Source: Eledone cirrhosa
Taxonomy: Eukaryota
Direction: 5' to 3'
NCBI GenBank assembly: GCA_964016885.1
Contig: OZ024740.1
Coordinates: 394,196,001-394,260,000 of the forward strand
Length of the DNA: 64,000 nucleotides
Shown here piece by piece: positions 53,089 to 64,000 of this stretch. A program made the position numbers and the translations under genes. How positions within the stretch are numbered: the first letter of the stretch is position 1; the number at the start of each line of letters is the position of its first letter. Under the pieces are notes generated by a model that was not told where the DNA came from, searched no databases, and saw only the letters and a program-made list of their open reading frames with translations.

Positions 53089-53361
53089 TCCTTTGTCAGT
53101 GTTGAACAAACGAGCAACGATGGTTGCTAGACACTACGGCTTAATACGGGATGTTTGTTTACAAACACACCGAGCATTATAATAAATGTTCGGTGAATCC
53201 ATACGTACATATATATATGTGTGCATGTATGTATATATATATACATACTACTGTACGTCTGTATACATATATGTATGTACGTATACTTACTTATATTTAA
53301 GTAACAGCCGTACTAAGAGAGGGAAATGAAATTTCGCTTCATTTTTTCCGTTTATATATTT

Positions 53362-53456
53362 AATTGTTTCTACCTTTGGCACAAGGCCAGCAATTACCCA
53401 GTACATTACTGGTACTTTGTTTTATCGACCCCGTAAGGATGAAAGGCAAAGTCAAC
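53362..53456 (-). mobile_element. 5'-truncated SINE (family A)
   Basis: Family A 3' half with target-site duplication CGTTTATATATTTAAT. Confidence 0.8.
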
Positions 53457-53869
53457 GTTTATATATTTAATATATCCTATTCAAAATCAACGTTTATATA
53501 TTTAATATATCCTATTTATACATATATATATATATATATATGTATTGCAAAAGATAAAGTGCTTATAAGTGTTTGTTGCGCTCTACCTTCGAGCGATCCA
53601 AAAGCAATTCACGTCAGTAGTTTATCCCAGTAAAATTTGGTGATTAGGAGTGATGGGGTATTCATATATTAAATTAAGATTAATTAAGACGGGGTTACTT
53701 CAACAGCATTGCTTTATTGCATGATATATATTTCTATTACATTGTTATGTATATGACATATGTCAGCTGGCATCACAACTGGATGATAATAATTGACCAG
53801 TGACATATCCCCATGATTGCATAACTACACCTATGATTGTATGAGCATCTGATGAGGTCACATGACAAT

Positions 53870-53962
<93 letters not shown>

Positions 53963-54400
53963 AATTAATTGATGATATATATATATTTTTATACACAAGT
54001 ATAGACATACATATGAGGGAGTCCAACCAATAGCAATTTTGCTCAATGAAGAAATTAATAAACATCAATTTATCAGAGCATAATAAAATGATATTTGGGA
54101 AAAGTAAACAAGATAAGAAAAATATTTTACCTATTTACTTTGATGTCCCGACTGCAGTTTCGTTGAAAGCACCGTGGAACTTCTCAATAAGAAACATTCT
54201 TCCGAGTTATCCGCTACCAGCTACTATTACGAGGGGAAGAATTATCACGTGATTAACGGTTAACAGAAGGGCTGTGGTAGATGAGCAATGACAAGTAACG
54301 GAGCTGCTAGAAAAAGCAGTTCAATTCAGCCAAATTTTATACTCTAACATAAGGGGTTAATTAACATAGAAAACAGTATTAAGGTGTACAATTTTGTATA

Positions 54401-54587
54401 CATATAGGTATGTGTATTTGTATATCTAGCGATATATGGTATGTTTACTAATAAATATTTTAAAGCGTTTAGCTATGAATTTTGGAAGCTGATGGCTAGC
54501 TTCCAAATTTCATTGCTAAAGGCTTTCAAATGTTTATTAGTAAACATACCGTATCTCGCTAGATATACAAATACACATACCTATATG
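54401..54587. repeat. Fold-back palindrome (~90-bp arms)
   Basis: CATATAGGTATGTGTATTTGTATATCTAGCGA...TTGGAAGCT / AGCTTCCAA...TCGCTAGATATACAAATACACATACCTATATG. Confidence 0.9.
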
Positions 54588-54796
54588 AGAGTTTTCATGT
54601 CAGCATGTAAGCCGTGAGTATGTTTAATAATTTTTAGACATCAGTTGAATATTTTGATTTTGAAATTATGGATACATGAAGTAAGGATGTTTTTATAAAT
54701 ATATTCATATGTACATGCAGACTACGCAAATACACAAGCATACGTGTGAGCACACACATACATACACATACATAGATACACTAACAATCACACACA

Positions 54797-54835
<39 letters not shown>

Positions 54836-54899
54836 GTGTGTGTGTGTTTGTGTGAGTGGGTTTTGTGTGAGTGTTTTTATGTGTATTGCTATACACATG

Positions 54900-54933
<34 letters not shown>

Positions 54934-54965
54934 TGTATGTATGTATGTATGTATTATGTATGTAT

Positions 54966-55011
<46 letters not shown>

Positions 55012-55799
55012 TTATGTATGTAAGTATGTATGTATGCATTCATGTATGTATGTATGTATGCATGCCTGTGTGTATGTATGTTTGTATATATGTACGTATG
55101 TATGTATGTATATATGTATGTATAAGAATTGGGTGGGAGTGAATGTGGTTGTTATACTAATAAAGTATATACTATGGAAATTAAACAGACTTATTAGACC
55201 GAATATGAAATCATGAATAACCGACTTCCAAAACAACACATACAGGAAAACCATAAAAATAAAAATGAAATGCATAACGAAATTATGCTATGTGATTGCA
55301 AATATTATTATGTTGGTTAAACTGAGATTTCTGTCTATATAACTTAATCAAAGATGGCGATCATATTCACAATTTACACCACAACCTCACCTTCCTCTCG
55401 TTGTTTATTTATCAGTATGAACATTCATTTATTTATATATTACTTGATTGACCTACTGAAGAGATTTCATTTCTCTCTGCACGTTACTGAATGTGCAATG
55501 GAGCGCACAAAACAACATAAATTGGCCAATATAATATATAATTCAACAAGTGTGGTGAGTTGTCAAATAAAAGACGTGAATGGTTTTAAAGAATTCAATA
55601 TTCTGTTTCGCTGCATTCTGAGTTCAGATCCCGCTGAGGTTTCGTTTCGCATATACTTCATTTGATTCCATCTTCTATAGTCATTCACTGACAAAACGTA
55701 GCTTTGTATCAAAAAACACAACATGAATATTAAGCGGAATTTTAATTCATATTATTCATATTCGTATATATTATGAGTTTTCTTTTGTTGTCGGTCCCC

Positions 55800-55872
<73 letters not shown>

Positions 55873-55892
55873 ACTCTCTCTCTCTCTCTCTT

Positions 55893-55924
<32 letters not shown>

Positions 55925-56080
55925 TGAACACATATATATATATATGTACACGAACCGTTGATTGTGGAAATCAGATCTGAACGATAACATTCCAGGAAAC
56001 GTAACGTAGTTTTGAAGACGAATGCATGTGTGTGTGTGTATATATATATATATATAGAGAGAGAGAGGGAGAGAGAGAGA

Positions 56081-56145
<65 letters not shown>

Positions 56146-57094
56146 AGTAAGAGATCCTTCTGTCTACTGTTCTACTCTCCCATTATAAATTACTTGGCGA
56201 ACCTACGTCGGTGTCTATCGCTCCATCAGCTAGATATAATAAATAAATCTCCCTCACATTACACCATTTCATTAAAAAAGAGCAAGAATACATTAGATAA
56301 TGTAATCTTAGGTACACTATTGCAGCAAAACCTTCCATCATAGGACTACTAAGGCATAACCAAACAACAACACTAACTCGATTTACCAATTTTCCTCTCT
56401 CAATCAAACTAATACTTCTGAATAACATTTCATAAACTACTTGTCAAACGAGAATTTTTTCTTTACTCAATTGTGATGGTAGGAATAGATATCTAATAAT
56501 TCTGGCTGTACGCCTCAATAGATTTTGTCTTTCTCAATCAAACTTCTATTTGAGAAAGATGCTGATAGAATAACTTAAAACAGAATCCTGATATAATATA
56601 TATGAAAACCCGAACTCAGTATTCGTAAACAAACACTTGTTCATTGTGTATTTTTTCTCTTTTTACCTTCGCTTCAATTACCACTTACCATCCCCAAATC
56701 CACCACAAGCCGTAATATCTATTTACAACATAAAAATATCTTCGTCTTGACCAAACTCATAGAAAACTGTTGTGAGTAAGGAAACTAATGGACTTTCGGT
56801 TAGATATACAACAAAATATCGATATGGACATCTGTCATTTGGCAAAGGAAATAATGGTTTCTTCATTGGCCACAAGGGTTAATAGCAAAGGAAATAATGG
56901 TATTAAGTCTTTGAGTTATTTAAAAGGACATCTTACAGTCTATAATTATCGTGATGCTTTCAAAGAAGAATGAAATTGTTTTGATTTTTGTTATACACAC
57001 ACACACACTCACTCACCCACAAACATACAACCCCCCCCCCTCCCACACACACACACTTATATATATATATATATATGTAAATGTAGATATGTAT

Positions 57095-57143
<49 letters not shown>

Positions 57144-58285
57144 CGCACCAACCTGAGGTATATGTCCTTTAAAGCGATGAAATGCCTAGGACGGTTGGAA
57201 GGCCACTGATGAAGGACTTACTTTTTCATATGTAACCCATTTGCAACGCCGCAGCTCCATTATTATCATATTTACATATATATATATATATATACACACA
57301 CATATATATATTTATACAAAACACACATATATACACACACACACATTTATTTATTTATACAAAACACACATACTTACACATACGCACACTTACACAAATA
57401 TCTATATATAATTTCAGATTAGACAGGTGTCGAGTGTTTTGAAGTAACATCAAAGTTATGACAAGCAGCATAAAAGTTTGTAAATTTAAAGAGAACAAGC
57501 TGTTAGAAGCAGAAAGCTGAAAGAAAGAAGATGATAGAAACATATTAAATAATAACATTCTATATTCTCATAGATATTTGCTTTCTTAATGTGGTTTTGA
57601 TCCCGATATGTCAGTATTTGTTAAGTCACTCGTAAATGCATTCTGCGTCAAAATATTTGTTGTTGGTATTGTTGTTGTTTAGCACCGGGTTCATTTCTTA
57701 TCTGGCAAACCTATGATCAAAAGCATTTCAGCAGTGTTTTCTTTATTTCTTTCAGACATAATATATTTAATATACATTTTATTCTTAAAGATAGTAGGGT
57801 TTAAGTTTGAGAAAGATTTTTGTTGAGCTATTTTGGTCTATTGCTCTAATTACTTCATCATTTCACCTACTTTATGATGTTAATTAAAATATTATATCAT
57901 GATAATATTACAAATATTAGCCATACAGCAATAATAAGAGACAGTACTATATATAAATTGTGTAGAGAGTTAGCAGAAGTCTTGAGAGACCGTTGCAAAG
58001 AAAGTCTAACACAATTTAGATTTAACTAACCTAGATGGACTTTAGTTTCCCTATCTGTCGTCCAGTTAGTGGTATAATAATCACTACTGTAATAAATTAA
58101 ATCTGATCAACTTCTCTTTTAAAAATTTGGATTTAATCCAGGCCTAAAAGCATCTATGACACAAATGAATTTATATTCGTATTTAATTAAATACCATCAT
58201 TATAAATGATCTTATATTGTATTGGACGTAAACACATCATAGGCACAGAAACAGACACAGACACAGATATATATATATAAATAGA

Positions 58286-58379
<94 letters not shown>

Positions 58380-58629
58380 CACATATATTATATATATAAA
58401 AGACGTAAACTGTCTTTATCCCATTGCAGAAACTAATTAGTTGGAGTGAAAATTTTAGTAAGTAAGTTAATTTTTTAAAATTTTTTTAAATTTTCTTATT
58501 TTACGTCTTTTATATTATTGTTTTGCATCCTCCTGCATTGAACCACCTAGGTACTATGACATAACCTGTGTATTTGATAGCATTAGCGTACATCTGTACC
58601 CATATGTTAGTAGATATACTAAATTCTCT

Positions 58630-58691
<62 letters not shown>

Positions 58692-58716
58692 GTGCATATA
58701 TATATATATAACTATG

Positions 58717-58768
<52 letters not shown>

Positions 58769-59219
58769 TATTATATAATACACAATTTGTATAATTGTGA
58801 ACAGCTGCAACAACTACAATAATAACAACTTCACGCGTTTGCTTTGTTGCAGTGAAGGACTTTGTTGCAATAGATTTTGTATATGATAAAGTAACTTTAC
58901 CTCCAGTTTATGTCCTATAAATTTGCAGCTCGACACAAAGGGAGTTCAATTTGTGAGTAAAAAGTTTCCAATCAACACTATATTTTATTATGCGTATGTG
59001 AATGTGCGTGTGAGTGTATGAGTGTGTGTATGGAGGAGGGGTGTGAGAGAGAGAACTTTATTTACCGCTCACTGTTTAACGGTTAGTCCGCCCCGTGGTC
59101 CCGGCAGCCAAAATGGTAGTCAATCAAATTTTAATACGCCAGGATATACATGACGACCGTATTATCAAAACTGGATGTTTTTCCGTGATGACCTCTGACT
59201 AAAGAATTACAACAAAAAT

Positions 59220-59412
59220 GAAAACAGCAACAAACAAAACAAAAAACAGCAATGACAACGACCCCCCCCCCCCATAAAACAGCAATGACAACGACCCCCC
59301 CCCGCCCCCCCAAAAAACACCAATGACAATGACACCAACAAACAACCCTCCCCCTCCCAAATAACAGCAATGACAACGACCCCCCCCCATAAAACAGCAA
59401 TGACATCGACAC
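59220..59412. repeat. Minisatellite (AAAACAGCAATGACAACGAC plus poly-C units)
   Basis: About five imperfect units seen directly. Confidence 0.85.
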
Positions 59413-59585
59413 CAACAATCAAACATCAACAACAATAGAAGTAACAACATGAACAAGATAGTCAGCTTCTAGTTAGCCTTAGAAACATAGCTGTACAAGT
59501 ATATACAGTAAACAATTAACTTCTATGAAATTAGTAATGTCTTCCATTAGCAGCTAGTGAGTATAAACTATTGAAATATGGAATA

Positions 59586-60921
59586 CTAGCAGTTTAGACC
59601 GGCGTTGCTCGGGTTTGTTCATTTGCTATGAAAAGTTACATACAGGTAAACGTGGCTTGAAAGCGAATAAGCTTATCAATTAAGTGCATAAGGCAGTTGA
59701 ACCGGTTATTAAAAGTTACGAACCAATTAGCATTTTGGACAATCAATGATGGGTTAATAATCTTCCAATAGCGAATTTAGCAGACCAATGTTGCAAGATG
59801 GTGACCCTGATGCCGCTGGGTGTCAAATTTGTCTGCCATGGGTGACCCTACCAGGAAATAGTTTTCCAGACGGCATAGCTCCAACACCTCCAACACCTGC
59901 ACCAACATCTATAGCACCTCTTTGTAGACGATATTGCGTGTCATCCCTTGAGGAGTGTAAGCAAAAAGTCCATTCCTGTTCCCTACGCGGGAACAAGCAG
60001 CATAAAGTTGGCCATGGGAGAAGCATGGCTCCCCCAAATGGATGCCCGCCACCGACAATGTTTGCCCTTGTGACTTGTTAATGGACATGGCAAAACATGG
60101 TCTCACCGGGAATTGGGATCGCCGGAAATCGAACGGGATATCTGACGCCGAGGGGAAAAGGTTCATCCTTGGCAGTGTATTCGGCAGAATTGCCAGAAGT
60201 ACAACACTATGTGTGTTGTCATATTAATATTTAACCAATGAAAGTCGTAAAAAATAAATAATTTAAACATTCCGATTCATATGTCTATAGCATTAATCTG
60301 TTATATGAAGTGTTATTTTGCGGGTTGTTATTTACAATAAGCCGATTTAAAATACCCCAGAAAAGCCGTATGTCAATACAGAACTCCAATGACTCCCCCA
60401 GCAGTTAAATTATAGAGAGGTGGAATAATCTATTATAGAGAGAGGGAAGAGCGATGGAGAGAGTAAAGCTAAGAAACTATAGGGAGGTTTGTAAAACAGT
60501 GTTGTCATATAGAGACTGAAGAGCGACAGAGAGAGAGTAAAGCAGTTAAATTATAGAGAGAGGGAATGATCTATTATAGAGAGAGGGAAGAGCGACGGAG
60601 AGAGCGTTATGACTATGTTTGTTGTATAAAATGATGTGTTGCTTAGTTTTCAAAGTTTATGTCGCGTTCCTGAACGAAGTTTTGTCGCTGTTGGGTAGTA
60701 GAGAGAGTGAATAAGGGCGTAAGAGAGAGAGGGTTACAGCATGTATTTAGTTTTATCGATTTTTTTTCATAGAAGCAGGACATTTTTGGCAAAGTTTATT
60801 ACGTTGGTAGATTTGGAGCACATTGGAAAAAAATCATCAAAATCGGTAGTGAAATTTGGAAATGCATAACAATCATACAAACACACAGACAGACATCTTC
60901 CGTTTTATATATATAGAGAGA
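59586..60921 (-). mobile_element. Internally deleted Helitron with both termini
   Basis: The minus strand starts A|TCTCTCTATATATATAAAA and ends CCCGAGCAACGCCGG-TCTAAACTG-CTAG|T (hairpin plus CTAG, inserted between A and T). It has an internal minisatellite at about 60400-60605. Confidence 0.9.
59909..60180 (-). pseudogene. C-terminal fragment of Helitron PIF1-family helicase
   Basis: PFDFRRSQFPVRPCFAMSINKSQGQTL..GIHL..PCFSHGQLYAACSRV...TRNIVYKEVL. Confidence 0.92.
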
Positions 60922-61025
60922 TATTGGTTTGGAGTGAGGAAAGGTATACGTCACTTAATTATATCTTCTTCACACAGAAACACCTCTTGGGAAAGTTTCC
61001 AATGTCATTATTATAATTTGGCTAG

Positions 61026-61647
61026 GGGCGGTGGATTGGCAGTATCGGTAGAGGGTCGGACGCCACGCTTTGCAGCATAAAGTTACGCCCCTTTATGATC
61101 TGAGTTCAAATCCCGCCGAGGTTAACTTTGCCTTTCATCTTTACAGGGTCGATAAAATAAAGTACCAGTCATGCACGGGTCGATTTAATCGACTTTCCCC
61201 TCCTCCAAAATTGCTGTCCTTGTGCCTATATAAGGAACCATTATTATAATTTGACAAGGGCGGTGAATTGGCAGTATCGGTGGAGAGGCGGACGCCATGC
61301 TTTCCAGCGTAGTTACGTCCCTTTACGGTCTGAGTTCAAATCCCGCCGGGGTTAACTTTGCCTATCAATCTTACGGGGTCGATAAAATAAAGTACCAGTA
61401 AGGTACTGGGTGATTGCTGGCCTTGTGCCAAATGTAGAAACAATTATTATAATTTGACAAGGGCGTTGGATTGGCAGTATTGGTAAAACATCAGACAACA
61501 TGGTTTGCGGCATATAGTTACGTCCCTTTACGTTCTGAGTTTAAATCCCGCCGAGGTTAGCTTTGCCTTTAACCTTACGAGGTCGATTTAATCGACTTTC
61601 CCCTTCCCCCAAAATTACTGGCCTTGTGCCTAAATCTGAAACCATTA
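61026..61647 (+). mobile_element. Three tandem tRNA-derived SINEs (family A)
   Basis: Three units with A and B boxes, each preceded by ATTATTATAATTTG. Confidence 0.88.
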
Positions 61648-62130
61648 TAAATATTATAATTTGAATTATCAGTAAATGCTCTTCTCTAAAAACAGAATCT
61701 AATTTTTATTAGGTGAATTGAAATCTTGACAGTCACTGACTGAGTTAAACTTCGTTGAGGAACTCTAGAGTAGAGTGCTCATCAAGTTGGCCAAATTTCA
61801 GGTTCATTTTCATCTCACTTGCATATCCTTATTAAAATCATCGTTTGGTTAATTAGAATTCGGGTATTCTTTCTCTTGTCCCTTCCGAGAATACATTTCC
61901 TTGAACGCTAATGACTTTTTCCATTGGAGTTACAATTTCAATTAATTAGGAATTATTCTTGGCTCACCAATTCCTGTATGGCAGCCTGGCCGCGCACGCA
62001 CACATATATACATAATACACTCACACAAACACACACACACACACACACATACATACATACGTAAATACATACATACATAAATACATACATACATACACAC
62101 ACACTCATACACACACACACATACATATAC

Positions 62131-62750
62131 ATGACGGCTGCCCCCTCGTTATCGAGTATGGCCATTGCACGATATAACATTATTAATAATTATTAATTAA
62201 TTCTATCGTGAATGCCTGTGCGTGAAGATATTTTTTAAAGTGAGGAAAGACTGTGCACTGAGCCAATCCCACTCTCTGAGCGACAGTAGCTATAACCCGA
62301 AAAGAAGAAAAGATCAATATCATCGGTAACTACTGAGCCGCAGGTTTTATATCGGAGTTATCCCAGTTTCCTGATTTGCCTTCTCCTAGAAGAATGCCCT
62401 GACAAAGGCTAGGGGTCCTTCACTCCCAGTGGTTTAACCGCACGATCGGGTGTCCAGCCCGACTATTTCTATGTCTCCGCGCATATACATACACATGCAC
62501 CCATGTATATACACATATACATGCATATGTACATGTGTATATACATATTTACACACTTTCGCATGGCCGTTGACTGTTATGTGTTCTTCCGCCCTTTGTC
62601 AGGTTTTATAGTTTGTCCTGCAGGGTGTCCCAAATCACCCTCCTCACCAAGTAAACTTGGTGGGGTTGCCGGTTTAGTCGTCGACGACCCGACCATGCGA
62701 CAGGTTGTACTGGGTTACATGTTACCAGTAGCACTCAAGAGTGACCCGAC
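62131..62750 (-). mobile_element. Diverged relative of the RTE-derived (TATG)n element
   Basis: The 5' part is homologous to 2432-2700. The 3' end GCCATACTCGATAACGAGGGGGCAGCC matches the stub at 2344-2383. (CATA)n lies on both sides. Confidence 0.8.
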
Positions 62751-62914
62751 ATACATACATACATACATACACACACACATACATTCTATGAATTTCCATC
62801 TGAAAGTGCCATAGCATTGGTATTGTCCTTGAAGACATGATAACTAAGTAAACGTCTTAACCCCATGAGGAATCCCATAAGGAATCAATAGAGATTTTGC
62901 TTATCTATTTAGTC

Positions 62915-63360
62915 AGTACTGCGAAAATTGAGACATTCGTCTTCTCAAGGAAGCCTGTGCAGTGCTCAGTGAATGGAGTTCCACTAGAGCAGGTGGAGAA
63001 GTTCAAGTATCTTGGAGACATTTTCACAAAATGATGGCAGACAGAAGGCTGAATCAAGTGCAAGAATTGCAGATGAAGCAGTAATGCACCAGCTTCAACA
63101 TTCGGTAGTCAGAGAAGGGGGTAGGTGTAAAAGCCAAACTCACTATCTTCAATCCGGCCAATCGTGTCAACACTTATCTATGGTCATGAATCTTGGGTAA
63201 TAGCCGAAAGAATCCTATCGCGAATAGAAGCGGCCGAAGTGTGGTTCCTTTGAAGGGTCTTTGAAGTAATGTTACTCGATAGAGTGTGTAGCTTGAAGAT
63301 CAGAGAGTCACTATAGGTAGAGCCGCGACTTCTTCGAAGTGAGAGATCACAGCTCCGAGG
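62915..63360 (+). pseudogene. RTE (Expander-like) LINE fragment followed by (GAA)n
   Basis: VNGVPLEQVEKFKYLG...TLIYGHESW...RIEAAEVWFL*RV...DRV.S..IRESL..ERSQLR, with stops and frameshifts. Confidence 0.85.
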
Positions 63361-64000
63361 AGAAGAAGAAGAAGAAGAAGAAGAAGAAGAAGAAGAAGAA
63401 GAAGAAGAAGAAGAAGAAGGGATATAATAATCGCTATTTTGTTTCTCATTAAGATCATTTCGAGATGTGGAGGGCGTAGAACAGTTTTTTAAAAAAAATT
63501 CCGAAATATACACAAGGAATTATAGTTATATGAACGACTTTTGTCAAAATGGTATGTAATTTGATAATCATATAGACGTTTTTGTTTGTTTTTTTATCTG
63601 ATTTTTATGTGCAGCTATTGTTTCGTTAGTTCACCATAGTAGTAAAATTTAGTACACAATTTCTTATGCAACCAACTTCAGAAGGCTTTTTTATAATTCT
63701 AAAAATAGATCTGGAAAACAACTACCTATTTTTCACGGCAGCTGCAAATATTCGCTAATTTACACACATTTGAAAAATATTTTGACACGTTATAGTCTTC
63801 ACATTTGTGAAAGTAAAGAAGGACACAGACAAATCGCTTTGCTGAGATTTTTAGTTGACAATTTACATAGTATTAACATTTTTAAGGTGAAGTTTGTTCC
63901 AAATATCACTGGTTGAAAATAAATGCACTAAATTTCTTAATACCTGGAATTCACACCGAAGGATACTTTTCAAATATGGGTCATGGCATTACTACACCGA

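Larger units (their letters stand above)
52459..53355. mobile_element. Inverted pair of ~427-bp retrozyme-like units (fold-back, axis about 52880)
   Basis: Mirror arms of about 400 bp. ATGAAATTTCG(T/C)TTCATTTTT recurs at 52899 and 53326 (period 427). The central spacer is the reverse complement of the unit end. Confidence 0.85.

Overview
This is AT-rich, microsatellite-dense eukaryotic DNA, most likely an intron or intergenic region. The SINE families and the density of (TA)n/(CA)n repeats suggest an octopod cephalopod, but that is an inference. No intact host gene can be supported, and most listed ORFs are translations of simple repeats. The window is a mosaic of transposon pieces: RTE LINE remnants, RTE-derived short elements arrayed in (TATG)n, three 5'-truncated Tx1/L1-clade copies each bracketed by a different microsatellite, a Naiad-type Penelope-like element (PLE), a second PLE remnant, a complete internally deleted Helitron, an old Helitron helicase remnant, hAT and Tc1/mariner MITEs, and many tRNA-derived SINEs. 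The most notable signal is a set of short, non-coding elements embedded in (TA)n that carry type I hammerhead-ribozyme motifs. These come from several unrelated sequence families and often occur as long fold-back palindromes. The best example is a ~427-bp circularly permuted unit at 51455-53355, which resembles a retrozyme (circular-RNA-producing, PLE-mobilised element). All structures were folded by eye; no search or folding program was run.
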